DNA from: Macrostomum lignano
Lineage: Eukaryota
Length of the DNA: 64,000 nt
Reading direction: 5' to 3'
NCBI GenBank assembly: GCA_002269645.1
Contig: NIVC01002429.1
Location: 110,620 to 174,619 of the forward strand
Positions 11,801 to 22,490 of this stretch are shown piece by piece. Under the pieces are notes generated by a model. That model did not search any database. It saw only the letters and a program-made list of their open reading frames with translations, and was not told the origin of the DNA. Both the position numbers and the translations under genes were made by a program. Within the stretch, counting starts at the first letter, position 1. Each line of letters begins with the position of its first letter.

Positions 11801-14800
11801 CATTTGATTGGTTATTTATTGTTGAGATGACTGCTATATGTGCAAGAGACCGCTGTCGGGGAGCAGCAATAGCTGCTTGAACTCAATATTATGGATCGAG
11901 GTGGTACAGACATCTTTAATGACAGTTCACAGCCATTTTTACCCAAATCAGTATTACAGTAAACAAAAAATGAGCTGTAGAAATAGTAAAAGTCCCAACA
12001 AACTGCCATGAATCAAATCGGAATCCAAAAATTCGGGAATATAAATGATTAAATTAACTTTAAAAAAATATTTTAAGGGTTCAATCGTGCTTTCATTAAG
12101 CCAATAGGATTCATTTCCGTAAATAGGCTTATGGAAAGCTCTGCCTTCATTTACATTAGAGAACGTCCATATATGGAAATGAATACATTTTACTCTGAGC
12201 CATTCATTGCAAAGTAATCAACTTATGCTGCAAATTATCTAGAGCAAACAGCGCACAAATCCAAGTGAAACAGCGAAGATAACCTCATTTACAATCGCTG
12301 GCATTGTTATTTATATATTTCTTGATGTCTGACTGCATAAATACTTTGGCGTGGTAAGAAAGAGTAAGACGTGCATGGGCAAATAAAAATAAATAATATT
12401 TAAAGAGGTTAGAAGCGACCAAAGTCAACTGCAAAACTAATTGGGACCAGAAACGCAGACAGCAGATTGGGTACTTGGCGGTGTTCACGCGGTCCACACC
12501 CACACGCAAACTGCAACAAACCAAACCGGGCTGTAGGCTCCCCTTTGCGTTGCCAAGCATCTCAGAATGAATATACATGTAAATACCGGCGTATGTGCGC
12601 AAATTTGTACCGACTATTTTGGGCACAAATGTTAATAATAATAGCATCACAATTCGTATTCGAATTCGGCTACAACTCTGCCAACTCTGTGTTTACTTTA
12701 GCTTGGTAGCAAACGCTTCGCTTGATACCAAACCGCCCGAACGCATTATTCTCTTCGCTCCCCGATGCCAATGAGTAGTAAGTAAAGCATTTAAATGCGC
12801 AGATAGTAGCAGTTTCACAAATCAGTTTAGATAAGCCGTGAGATTCAATTAACTATGCAAGTTCAGACTTGCAATTTCCACCGTTTCGCCTTGTTTATAC
12901 AACCGATTACAACCAAGCACAGATTACGCAGAACGGGAGCAAGTAACTCATGAGTTTTGGCTTTGCGACCATGATAGCTTTTGGTCTAGGGGGAAGCTAA
13001 AGGGTAGGCTGGATTGATAATGCGGGTAAATTGAAGCTTGAGATTGAGACTTGTTGATTATTCGCACCTTGGCTAAGCGCTGGATTGGCCAACGTCCTCC
13101 ACCCCATCCTCACCCGCATTCGCTCCTCTCTGTCGTGAAACTCCTGCCTCGCTTCGGCTTCTCGCGTCTGGCGGTCGTAGAACCAGTCGGAGAATTTGAC
13201 AGGCGACGGGGGCCCATTCGACGGTGGCGAGAACTGGCGCGGCAGTGACTGCACCGTCGCTCGGTGCGGCGATTTCGGTGCGGCTCTGCTGGCCGGCTGC
13301 GTCTCAGCCTCGTCGCCGCCGTCTTTACCGACCACGCCACCATTCTCGGGCTTCGCGGCCAAGTATCGCTTCTTCAAAGAAGCCCATCTGTCGGCGTAGT
13401 TAATATTGTCTTGCTTGCGGAGGAAATCATACCGACTCATTGTGGCCGCCTTTTTAATATTGCCCGGCTTTGGTGGCGCCTGGTGCATGCTCTGGGACCT
13501 AGTCACAGTAATGGTCTCGGTGACCTCCGATGGCACCTCTGTTGCTGTCTTATCCGCATCCGGTTGACTCGGTGACTCGATAGTTATCTGAGGTGTCACG
13601 CGCACTTGTTTGTTGTCTACAGTCTTACTGGCCGCAGGTGTGGGAGTCCGATCATTTTCACCGGTTTTCGAGCTAGCCTTCGGCTCAGGAGCATTGCTCT
13701 TTCCGCTTTTGCCGCCCGGCTTTGCAGCATCCTTGTTCTTCTTCTTGCGTCGACCGAAACAGCCCAGCATAGTTTGGCTTTAGACGAATTTCGTTGCCTC
13801 GTGCCTTTGTTAAGAGAATGAAGCTCTATGGAGAGCGCAAAGATCACCTGTCGATTGATGAGTAAATAGCGTCAGAAAATGCTGCCAACCTAGCCGCAGA
13901 AGAGGCTGCGCGCCGAGCTTAGCAACAAGAAATCAAGATGGGGTTGCTTGCCACTCGCCGCTAGCGCACTAGAGCCTGGTGTACAATGCCGGCATCCAGC
14001 CAGGCCAGCCAATGACGAACAAGGAACCGAGAACTGACGTTATCGTAGAGGAGATATCGCACACACAATGAACGATTAGCTTGTTGCCAAACTGACTGGA
14101 CAGGAGCAGTGACAAAGCGCTTGCGCCAAAGCTAAAATTCTGCGCAAATTTGCAGACAGCCACCCGGCTGAGGAGGGCTTACAGTCCAGGCAGAAGGAAA
14201 GTGTTTCACTACCTCTTCTAGTGCAGCTCTTTCCCTGCAACCAACGCGAGCTGAGCAAAGTGGGGCGGGTGCAGCGCTTTACTGTCTTCTGCTTTGGAAC
14301 TCCTCTTCTTTTGCTTTGGCTTCTGTCTTCTGGTTGTGTCTTCTGCTTTTTTATAAAAAAAGTCGAACCAGCAGACCAATATGCAGCGTTCCGCAGAGCA
14401 GTTGAGTTGAATTGGCAAGAGCGGTTTGCTCCTGGGGCTCCGAATGAAGCGTTCTTCTTCTCTGTCTCTCTCTATTCTCTTTTTAGTTCTTGTTTGTGCA
14501 AATTTGTACAGCTCTGTTCTCTCACACACTCCGCTCTCTCCTCTCTCTCTCCTTGCATGCTTGTAGAACTCGATCTATGCCCAGCGACCAGTGGTGTAGG
14601 TGCTGCGCTGCGGTCTTCTTGGGAGGCGAGGGAGGATGGGTTGGCGCCGGCCAAGTGCGCCGGTACTGCGCAATAAAGAACTCAAGGTCTCGGAGGGGGC
14701 CCAGCCCGGTATATACCAGCCTCACCTCGCAGTCACAGCTCGTACTTGCCAGCCCGTTTCTAAGTGTCCATTTATACAAGATACGCATTAGTGTATATAG

Positions 14801-17800
14801 CCAACGCTTTAATTAGAATTCACTTTGAGCCCAGGGCTGCAAGACAGCATGAATTGGAAGTTGGAACAGATACGTATTATATACAGGCGTATAGCTATTT
14901 TTCACAATATTAACGAGCTGTAATAATGAGTAGGTGGGGCTAAGTACAAGCTTAACAGCTGCACTGGCTAAACTGTCGATCCATTGTGTATTCTATTGTA
15001 TATTAGTGATCAACTGTCCGAGTAATACGAATGAAATCGACGAGGAAATTCTATTGTACGTTTAATGAACAATTCCTTTTTATGTGTAGTTCTCTGACTA
15101 AATTACATGTACGAATTCAGATATTCGAATAACTCAGACTAGACACTCCGAGATTCAAGAGATTTATTAGTTTAAGGTGGAAGGAATAATTCGTTTGGTA
15201 GGTAATTAATTATGTGTTTTTGAGTCTGCATGGAGTGACATGGAGTGAAAATGACAATGCTTATAAAAAAACTCGCCAAACTGTGTTTTTGATAATAGCT
15301 ATTTTAGTAGCGTGAGTAACAGCAGTTGTTGTTGTCCCAGAATAATAGACTACATAGCACAGAGCCGCAGGCTATGGGAGGAGCGGCTCTTAACGGTTGT
15401 CGCATTAATGTACATTGCTCCAAATGAATGTACACTGGCCGCAATTAAGCCGAGACCCCTAGACGCCCAGCCCCGTCTCTCTGACCCAGACAGGCTAGGC
15501 TGGTGGAGCTCTCGGGTAAATATTGATTTTTCTCTCTCCCCCACTGTACGCGAAACCGAAGCAAACAAAGCGAGACTTGGGCTCGCCCAGGGGGCAGTGC
15601 GACGATAAATAAGCCCTGGCCTAGTGGACTACTCTTCCACTTCAGACAAAACCTGTTGTTGTCTAAAAAACACCCCCAGGCCCTGTCAGCTACTACAAGC
15701 CTACATAGAAACTGCGAATTGGCCGGTGCAATGATGACCTTAATGCGAGAAAGCCTTTGCAAGCTAGCCACTACTTTACTGGCTAGATTTATCCGTATTT
15801 AACTCTCAAACAATAGGAAAGGCAAGGGTGCGTGAGTCAAAATATATCCAACTACGCTACTTGCTACGACTAGGAGGGTAGTAGTATTTAAAACATTTTT
15901 ATCAAGCGCAGCTTGTTAAAATCTGCTTCAAGCACTCCCTGATTTTAAAAGTTGCTTAGCTCATACACTGTACAGGACAAAACACTGTAATCATTTAAAA
16001 CATAGCAGTAGTGTATGTGGCATTTTATCTCAACAGACAAAACACCATAAATAACTAGGCTTGAAAATGGCCGGCAAAAAAGTCACTTGCTGCGGCAGTA
16101 AGCGGGGTAGAATTATAAAAATTTCAGCGTGCACTTTTATTAAAAGCTTCTCCATCTGTTCGGCCGTGAAGCCGATGAAAGAAACGGAAACTAAGCAGAA
16201 AGAAAGGAGGCGACCGGACGCATGAGCGAGCGGGTCGAGTTGGACAAACATGCCCTATCCTAGCCGAAGGAAAGGGAAATCTATCCCCTCCCTCAGCCCC
16301 ATCGCTGCATATTTATCAATGCTAGAGATCGAGAGTGGCTCAAGTGGGGGCAGTCGGCAGCAAATCTAGCAGCAAAAGGCATGGTCGAATGTCCCGAAAA
16401 AGCAAGAGGAGAGAAAACAGGAGCTGTGCAGACCGCGAAGAATACTTGGGAGAATTTAGCGACAGCGAACGATCTATAGCAGGTCAGACAGACCCGGACA
16501 GCGCTGTTTGAGGCTGGCAAGAAGTGCATTTCACGCTTTGCTTGTACCAATGACTATATGCGCACGCATGCATAGTGTAATAGTAGTACTGCACCCGATA
16601 CCACAGTTCCCCATGCCCCTGCAGTCGGCCAAATAACTTCAGTCGATAATACGATACGAAACAACTTTACTTTCCAAGATATCTGTCGCTAGTGCAAAAG
16701 TCTGCAGCATCATATTACAGGATTATGTTAATTATGACTTCGCAGATATAGGCTATGATAAACTAATAAGAAGACAGCATTGAATGAGTACACACAGGAA
16801 GTGCATCCATTATTTGCTTTGCAATTGCCCAAAAATGTACACAGAAGCATGCTCTTACAGTAAAGCACAAAGACATGCTTACAGAATCTTCTTCCTCCGC
16901 ATCAGCGGCCGCTGAAGCTGGCTGGTTTTTCTTCTCCAGCAGGTCCTTCCGTGTTTTGTAGCCTTTGAACCCTGCCTGGATTTTCGCCGCCGCGGCCTCC
17001 ACCTCGGGATCGTTCAGGTCGATGTCCTGCAGTGGCAAGAGTTGATGAATTTGGGATGTCAGGGTCTGGCAGGTCTTCAGCTCATCTAGAAATCTTAAGA
17101 TCATTTTAGAGACCCTGATACTTTTGAAGAGACCCAGACACCCTTGAAGAGACCCATACTCTTGTAGAGATCCTGACACCCTTGAAGAGACCCAGACACC
17201 CTTGAAGAGACCCATACTCTTGTAGAGATCCTGACACCCTTGAAGAGACCCAGACACCCTCGAAGAGTCTCAGACACCCTTGAAGAGACCCAGACACTCT
17301 TGTAGAGACCCTGACACCCTTGAAGAGACCGACCCAGACACCCTCGAAGAGTCTCAGACACCTTTGAAGAGACCCAGACACTCTTGTAGAGACTCAGACA
17401 CCCTCGAAGAGACCCAGACACCCTCGAAGAGTCTCAGACACCTTTGAAGAGACCCAGACACTTTTGTAGAGACTCAGACACCCTCGAAGAGACCCAGACA
17501 CCCTCGAAGAGTCTCAGACACCTTTGAAGAGACCCAGACACCCTTGAAGAGAACCAGACACCCTTTGAAGAGAATCAGACATCCTTAAAGAGACCCAAAC
17601 ACCCTTGAAGAAACTCAGACACCCTTGAAGAGACCCTGAAACCCTTGAAAAGACCCAACCCAAACACCCTTACAGAGACCTTGGCACCCGTATACTGTAG
17701 AGACCCTGACACCCGTAAAGAGACCCTGAGACCCTTATACTGCAGAGACTCTGACATCCTTATAGAGACCCAGACAACCTCAGAGAGACCCTGACACCCT

Positions 17801-19462
17801 TGAAGAGACCATGACACTCTTGAAGAAACCCTGACACTCTTAAAGAAACCCTGACACCCTTGAAGAGACCCTGGCACTCTTGAAGAAACCCTGACACTCT
17901 TAAAGAGACCCTGACACCCTTGAAGAGACCCTGGCACTCTTGAAAAGACCCTGACACCCTTGGAGAGACTCTGACACCCTTGAAGAGACCCTGGCACTCT
18001 TGAAAAGACCCTGGCACCCTTGGAGAGACCTCTAAACCCTCATGGAGAGCCTGACACCGTTATCAAGTCTTACACTTACCACTTCCTCAGCCGATCCCTG
18101 TTCGGGAGCCGATTGTCTGTAAAATGGAAAGCCAATTCAAACTTTAAATGATGATTTGACATCCGATTTTTCCTAGCTGTGCTCTGCACTACGACCTACG
18201 CATGTACTACTGCTGCTGCTCGGGAATCACTAGCCAATAGTGATGCATTTAGAAACTCGAACTAAAAGAGGCGGCCAGATTGATGGCGGATACGGTAAGA
18301 TTGAGTTGCAGAAATTGGACAGGGCGCCGTCTCTTTCTCGCGGAGGCTGAGTTGTCTGGATCGATCGAAGGAATTAGCGAGGGGCGGCAGAGGGAGAACG
18401 AACGAGCAGTTCTGATTAATAATGCTATAAGCTTAACTCTGACTTAATCTGGTTTGCACTTTTTCGTCATAAAGTCTGCGCGACCTTTCTATATGAGATG
18501 CTGGCTGATTTACAAAGAATTATTCAGTTGGGAGAATTGCCCGCCCAGGCGTTATGAACCTGTGTCTGACTCCGAGACAGACAAGCCAGCAGTTAACCAA
18601 ACAGACGTGAAAATAACTAAGACACATAGTGTAAAGAGACTGAGACCCCAAGACAGACACTGAAACAGGCAGACAAGCAAACGCCAAGACAGACAGTAGT
18701 GAAAGGTGGACACTAAGACAGCAGACACTAAGACATCAGGATAGGGGGACACTAGGACAGACAGACACCAGGACACAGACACCAGGGCAAGTTAGACACT
18801 AGGACAGGCAGAAACCAGGACAGGCAGACACCAGGACAGGCAGACACCAGGACAGACAGATATTAGGACAGGCAGACACCAGGACAGGCAGACACCAGGA
18901 CAGGCAGACACCAGGACAGGCAGATATCAGGGCAGACAGACACCAGGACAGACAGACACCAGGACAGACAGACACCAGGACAGGCAGACACCAGGACAGG
19001 CAGACACTAGGACAGGCAGACACCAGGACAGGCAGACACCAGGACAGACAGACTGTGCACCCACTTGATGGCTTCGCGCTCCTGGTGGCCGCGCACAGCA
19101 GACTGGATCTCGCTGGCCGCCTTGTCCTCGCGCAATTTGGCGGCCTCCTTTTGCGCCGCGTGCCGCCTAAAATTGGTCTGGATGACCTTGGAGGCGTCCT
19201 GCTGCTGCGGGTCGGATGGGTCGATGGTGGGCTGCTGGAAGGAGGTGTTGTTGTAGAACCTGTCCTCGACTTTGGCAGCCAGTTGGGCCGGATCGTCGTC
19301 GCCAGTTTCCTCGCGTCGGCGGATCAACTCCTCGAAGTACATGGCGCCGAAGGTGTAGATGTCGGCTGGCTGGGAGCGAAGCACCTCGCGGGCGAGGCCC
19401 TCCAGGAGTGATTGAAATCCGCGAGGAACACGGAGCTTCGTGCTGCTGAACGGTACTGACAT
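2422..19462 (-). CDS. SPA17: SPA17/Sp17-like protein: RIIa dimerisation/docking domain plus 13 IQ or IQ-like motifs in acidic spacers (946 aa in the 10-exon model)
   Basis: Exons (minus strand): 19462-19065, 18116-18080, 17026-16883, 11775-11668, 11389-10166, 8362-8279, 6599-6432, 3398-3312 (optional), 3110-2975, 2876-2422. All introns are GT-AG, phases are compatible, and the total is 2841 nt = 947 codons. The N-terminus MSVPFSSTKLRVPRGFQSLLEGLAREVLRSQP...KVEDRFYNN matches the vertebrate Sp17 N-terminus (MSIPFSNTHYRIPQGFGNLLEGLTREILREQP...KVEDRFYNN) from memory. Confidence 0.88.
2975..3110 (-). CDS. SPA17-like exon carrying the first half of the final IQ motif
   Basis: ttcaag|AAG...QAASKIQAGFRG|gtgagt; phase 0 in, phase 1 out; 136 nt. 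Confidence 0.88.
3312..3398 (-). CDS. Short exon (A)MASCQKDGQVKKMIAFFSNLRSSSSPET: cassette exon or alternative start
   Basis: ttattag|GCC ATG G... ACG|gtgaga; 87 nt, phase 0 to phase 0. Confidence 0.55.
4342..5733 (-). CDS. Alternative terminal exon of the SPA17-like locus: acidic 14-aa (VESSPVEEAADEAA) and 20-aa repeats, 463 aa
   Basis: Strong acceptor tttctctttccctag|CAA at 5733, phase 0 and in frame with ORF 4342..5643; TGA at 4344-4342; AATAAA on the minus strand at 3843-3838. Confidence 0.7.
   Translation of the reverse strand, partial: QPFPSGAVPSIKQPTSIAESAPFDSKINDKVAAFEALLTFDTEYEYEVADLQTAVVAESAPIEETVDLQTAVVAESAPVEETVDLQTAVVAESAPVEETVDLQTAVVAESAPAEEAADKANVESSPIDKAADEADVESSPIEEAADEAALYSSPVDEAADKTAVESSPVEYDADEAIVDSSPVDEEAADKAIVESSPVDEAADKANVESSPIDKAADEADVESSPIEEAADEAALYSSPVDEAADKTAVESSPVEYDADEAIVDSSPVDEEAADKAIVESSPVDEAADEAVVESSPVEEAADKAIVESSPVEEAVDEAAVESSLVDEAADEAVVEASLVEEAADEAAVESSPVEYDADEAIVESSPVDEAADKAIVESSPVEEAADEAVVESSPVDEAADEAAVESSPVEEAADKTTVESSPVEEAADEAAAESSPVDETFSAPVESSAAEDSSRDFEVATDY
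6432..6599 (-). CDS. SPA17-like exon with a canonical IQ motif (EIDLNDPELAQAAIKIQAGFKGYQTRKK)
   Basis: NAGNAG acceptor tag|cag, donor GAG|gttaga; 168 nt, phase 0 to phase 0. Confidence 0.88.
6776..8205. repeat. 47-bp intronic satellite, ~30 copies, with alternating variants
   Basis: CTAGCTAATGTACATTATTGATGCTTTAGAAAG(G/A)TAAGGACTATC(C/T/G)A; first two copies start at 6776 and 6823. Confidence 0.95.
8279..8362 (-). CDS. SPA17-like acidic linker exon (EAAPDAGEEAEKPQQQDEAQEQAAEEPQ)
   Basis: tttcattcaag|GAG...CAG|gtataa; 84 nt, phase 0 to phase 0. Confidence 0.85.
8554..8634 (-). CDS. Alternative first coding exon MSSFLLCCFGDRERSSKGPLSRKSASK (di-Cys N-terminus)
   Basis: ATG at 8634-8632, exactly 27 codons, donor AAG|gtaacc in phase 0, compatible with the 8362 acceptor. 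Not in the ORF track. Confidence 0.65.
8928..9000 (-). promoter_or_regulatory. Putative internal promoter or non-coding first exon (GA-rich, ending in CAG|GTGAGG)
   Basis: (GA)n tract followed by a consensus donor at 8928, about 300 nt upstream of the MSSFLLCC start. Confidence 0.35.
10166..11389 (-). CDS. SPA17-like large exon with 7 tandem IQ-like repeats (VDIDLEDPEVQAAAVKIQRGWSSHKSR)
   Basis: tttcag|GCA ATG...AAG|gtatcc; 1224 nt = 408 codons, phase 0 to phase 0; matches ORF 10103..11386. Confidence 0.9.
11668..11775 (-). CDS. SPA17-like IQ exon (KIIEGPSKDELEEAAVKIQAGYKGYRTRKDMKAKRE)
   Basis: ctcccgacag|AAA...GAG|gtgagc; 108 nt, phase 0 to phase 0. Confidence 0.88.
13114..13770 (-). CDS. 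Alternative first coding exon MLGCFGRRKKKNK... (219 aa, basic and Ser/Pro-rich)
   Basis: ORF 12997..13770 has an internal phase-0 donor CGG|gtgagg at 13113 compatible with the 11775 acceptor. A 5'-UTR acceptor lies near 13848 and a GA-rich tract near 14550. If unspliced it is a nested 257-aa gene. Confidence 0.65.
16883..17026 (-). CDS. SPA17-like IQ exon (DIDLNDPEVEAAAAKIQAGFKGYKTRKD)
   Basis: actgcag|GAC...TCT|gtaagc; 144 nt, phase 0 to phase 0. Confidence 0.9.
17105..18050. repeat. Degenerate ~19-20-bp intronic minisatellite
   Basis: GAGACCC(A/T)GACAC(C/T)CTTGAA and variants. Confidence 0.9.
18080..18116 (-). CDS. SPA17-like 37-nt micro-exon ((K)QSAPEQGSAEEV)
   Basis: ttttacag|A...GTG|gtaagt; converts phase 2 to phase 0, exactly bridging exon 1 and the 17026 exon. 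Confidence 0.82.
18775..19050. repeat. 16-bp intronic minisatellite
   Basis: GGACAGGCAGACACCA repeated. Confidence 0.9.
19065..19462 (-). CDS. SPA17: SPA17 first coding exon: RIIa domain plus two IQ motifs
   Basis: gccATG at 19462; IQTNFRRHAAQK and IQSAVRGHQER; donor AA|gtgggt at 19064. Confidence 0.92.
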
Positions 19463-20801
19463 GGCTGGTGGATAGTTGCTGTAACATGCAATGATGATTA
19501 AAATTTACCGTTTAAGATTTCTTTAGCCTCTGATGGTCTCTGACAGATATTTAAACAGTAATTGTAAAGTTGCATTATGGGCTGGACCAGAAGCAATTTT
19601 GAATGTGCTTGGACACAGACTAATATTGGAAATCTGGTAAAAAATAGTTAAGAATTCAATTCACTACACATAGTTAATAAATACAAATCATAAGTGCTAC
19701 TGATTATAAAAAAATACTGACTGTTCTATTGACTAAAAAACTATTAAAAGTAGCTTTGTATATTTCTTTACTATTTTTAAAAACCCTATTGCTTATAAAA
19801 AGTCCTCTTTAAATGCTTAGCTATATAATAAAAAAGGTATTTAGAAGCCATTAATTTGGTTTTGTTAGATTTACAGATAAGTAAATATCTTAAGGATTGC
19901 TAGCAGAACAGCTGACTTGTAGCAGGCAAGCAATAAAAAATGAAAGAGGAAAATACATCATAAAAACTCATTTCATGTTAGCCTTGATGGCTGATGCTAA
20001 GATTAAGTAAAACATTAATAATTAAAAGTGAACAATACAATGTACTTTTCCTAAGCCACTAATTAAAGCAAATAGTTTTTATAAATCAGATATAAGATGT
20101 AATTCAGGGTATCCATAAGCCCAGGGGAGCCAAATTAACTTATTATTGCTAAATTTAAAATCCATTAGTATGCTACAAATACTTGCTACTGATTATTTAA
20201 TGACAAAAAGTCAATAAATTTATCACCATAGTTAATGTATAATTTTTTCTGTTGCTGTGATCAATGGATTACATATTTTATCGCTTCTATTTTAATACAT
20301 GGGACAAAACTTCACCTAAAACTTTTAATTCAGTAATTAAGATTATAAGAAAACTGAGTAACAGTTTTTCAAAAAAAGTTATATAAAGATCAAAACCCGA
20401 AAAATGAGCATACAGTAGAAATAGATACGCTTGTAAGTAACCTAGACATGTAAAAAACTGTTTTAATAATATTTCTTGCAAGTTTTTTGATAAAAAATAC
20501 ACAATAAGAAAACCAATCTGAAAGACATGATCGAGACATTCTCGAAATGCAACTCTACTAATCATAAAATCCTGTAACTTAACAAGGATAAAAATTTTCT
20601 CGGAAAGGTCAGTTACCGTGGTGATTACCTTGGCAGTCAAGAAGACACAAATTTCTATTCTTAATAAAGACTTTTCGCAATGAAATTAACCTTAAACAAG
20701 TTGTACTTGAACGAAACAATCAAGTAGCTAATGTTTTTTGCAGCAAAGGATCAATTTTTGTTTATTCGTTTTATTTTCCCAAACCGTAAGTAAAATACTT
20801 A

Positions 20802-20900
20802 CTTGACTATTAATAAAAATAAAACTCAGCATTTCTTTAGTGCTTTATGGCTCGTTGATTTCTTTGCAGATTGTCAAAGTTAATGAGACGTAGCAGACTC
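20802..20900 (-). promoter_or_regulatory. Putative non-coding first exon of the SPA17-like gene
   Basis: Donor AA|gtaagt at 20802; a 5'-UTR acceptor ttacag| lies just upstream of the ATG (~19479). The TSS position is a guess. Confidence 0.35.
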
Positions 20901-20970
20901 TCGGGATCCATAATTCAATTACATGTGGTGGTCACATGAATGTGCAAGGACTACTCAAGTAACATATACA

Positions 20971-22291
20971 TCTTTATCCTTGATGTATCCTTGATGAGTG
21001 GTCCTTGATGAATGTGCTGAATACATATGTAACGTAGTATGCATGATCTTGACTTTACTTGACTTAGCTGCAGGGGGCATCCGGCGGATGCAGCTAGGAG
21101 GTGGAGGAGACCGCCCATTTCGCTAGCCCCCCCTGGCGACAATCACTTCCATCGAAGCGATGTTCCAGCTGAGAACGGGGATAAGGACCCCACACCATGG
21201 AGGCCCCCTTTCTGGACAGGCGTCTTAAGAGAGTTGCCGTTCAGGTGGGCCACGACATTGCGGTTCCGGCCGGATCATGAACATGATCCACCGGACAAGG
21301 TGAGGGTGCGTGGCCCTGGATTCCAGGGCTCTGCAAAAGGCCTTGAAGATGTCATTGTCCAAGGCCCCTCAATGTCCTGGACAAGCGAGAGGGCAAAGCC
21401 TCTGCCAAGAACGACCCTCTCCAGGAAGTCAACGATGACATATGAGGGCACTCTCTGTAGACCTGCCCGCGCGGAAGGCGGGCTGGTTCTGCGAGAGTGG
21501 GAAGCGCTTCAGCGCGACCGAAAGTAGGCGAAAGCAGGCAGAAAGAGGTGAGGCTGATAGGCCTAAAGGCTTTCACCGATTGGTAGTCGTTCTTTCCAGG
21601 CTTGGGGATAAAGACCACCTGGGCCTCTCTCCACGCAACTGGTACATAGCCCAGCTCCACACAAGCTCGGAGGAGACGACAGAGGAGGTCTAGAAAGCGG
21701 TTTACCGCCTCGTGTGCAAGAACGCTGGATAGATGCCCCGGCGCCTTGAACGGGTTAAAGGACCTTGCCGCTCTAATAATACGGTCTTTGGTGTAGACTT
21801 CGCTAGGCCTTGCCCTCCCACGGTGTGGTCAGACAGGCCCTGCTGAGTCGGAGAGTCTGAGTCTCTTCAGAGCTGTCTGTGACCGAGCCATCAGGTCTCT
21901 TCACAACAGAGAGTTTAGAAAAACAGTCGTTCGGGAGTGCCTTTACCACGCGGGCTACGAAGCGAGAGCCCTCAAGCCCTTCGCAATATTGGCGCCATTT
22001 GGCCGTCTTGGCACTTCTGACTTGGCTTTTAAACTCGTGGATCGCACGGGTAATAGGCTCTCTATCAGATGGGTCTTTGGTTTTGAGCGCTCGTCTTTGG
22101 AGGGTCCTGGCTCGGCGCCGAAGGGCCCCGAGCTCTGGGTTCCACCAGGGAGCAGATTTCTTGCCTTTGTAGGCCTGAAGAGGACAGGCTGCCTCATAGG
22201 CAGTGGTGATCACCCCGCCCAGGGAGGAGGCGAGATCATCCACGACCCGGCAGTCAGAGAGGTCACCGTGGAGGTCAAGATCAAGGACTAG
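20971..22291 (-). mobile_element. Degenerate non-LTR retrotransposon ORF2 fragment (endonuclease-RT linker and N-terminal RT; LOA/R1-like)
   Basis: PWWNPELGALRRRAR...WRQYCEGLE and WREAQVVFIPKPGKNDYQSVKAFRPISLTSF motifs, with frameshifts; flanked by the 20-bp direct repeat CTACTCAAGTAACATATACA (20951-20970, 22292-22311). Confidence 0.85.
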
Positions 22292-22490
22292 CTACTCAAG
22301 TAACATATACAGGACGCTACACTCGAAATCTAAAGTAAATATTTTGAAGGCAACTTTTCGCCGAAAAATACACTACAGAGATAGGGGGGTTTAACTTTTT
22401 CAGCACAAAAATTGTTAGTGCTTTTGATAGGAGGCAGATCCGGTGTTCATCTTTTAATATGTTGTGTCTTTCTTATTGCTCTATCGATAT

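Noticed and set aside
12285-12650. Another Cys-Cys-containing start exon (MLGNAKGSLQPGLVCCSLR|gtgggt)
   Set aside because: A phase-0 donor exists, but the Cys pair is far from the N-terminus and there is no supporting promoter context; too weak to call.
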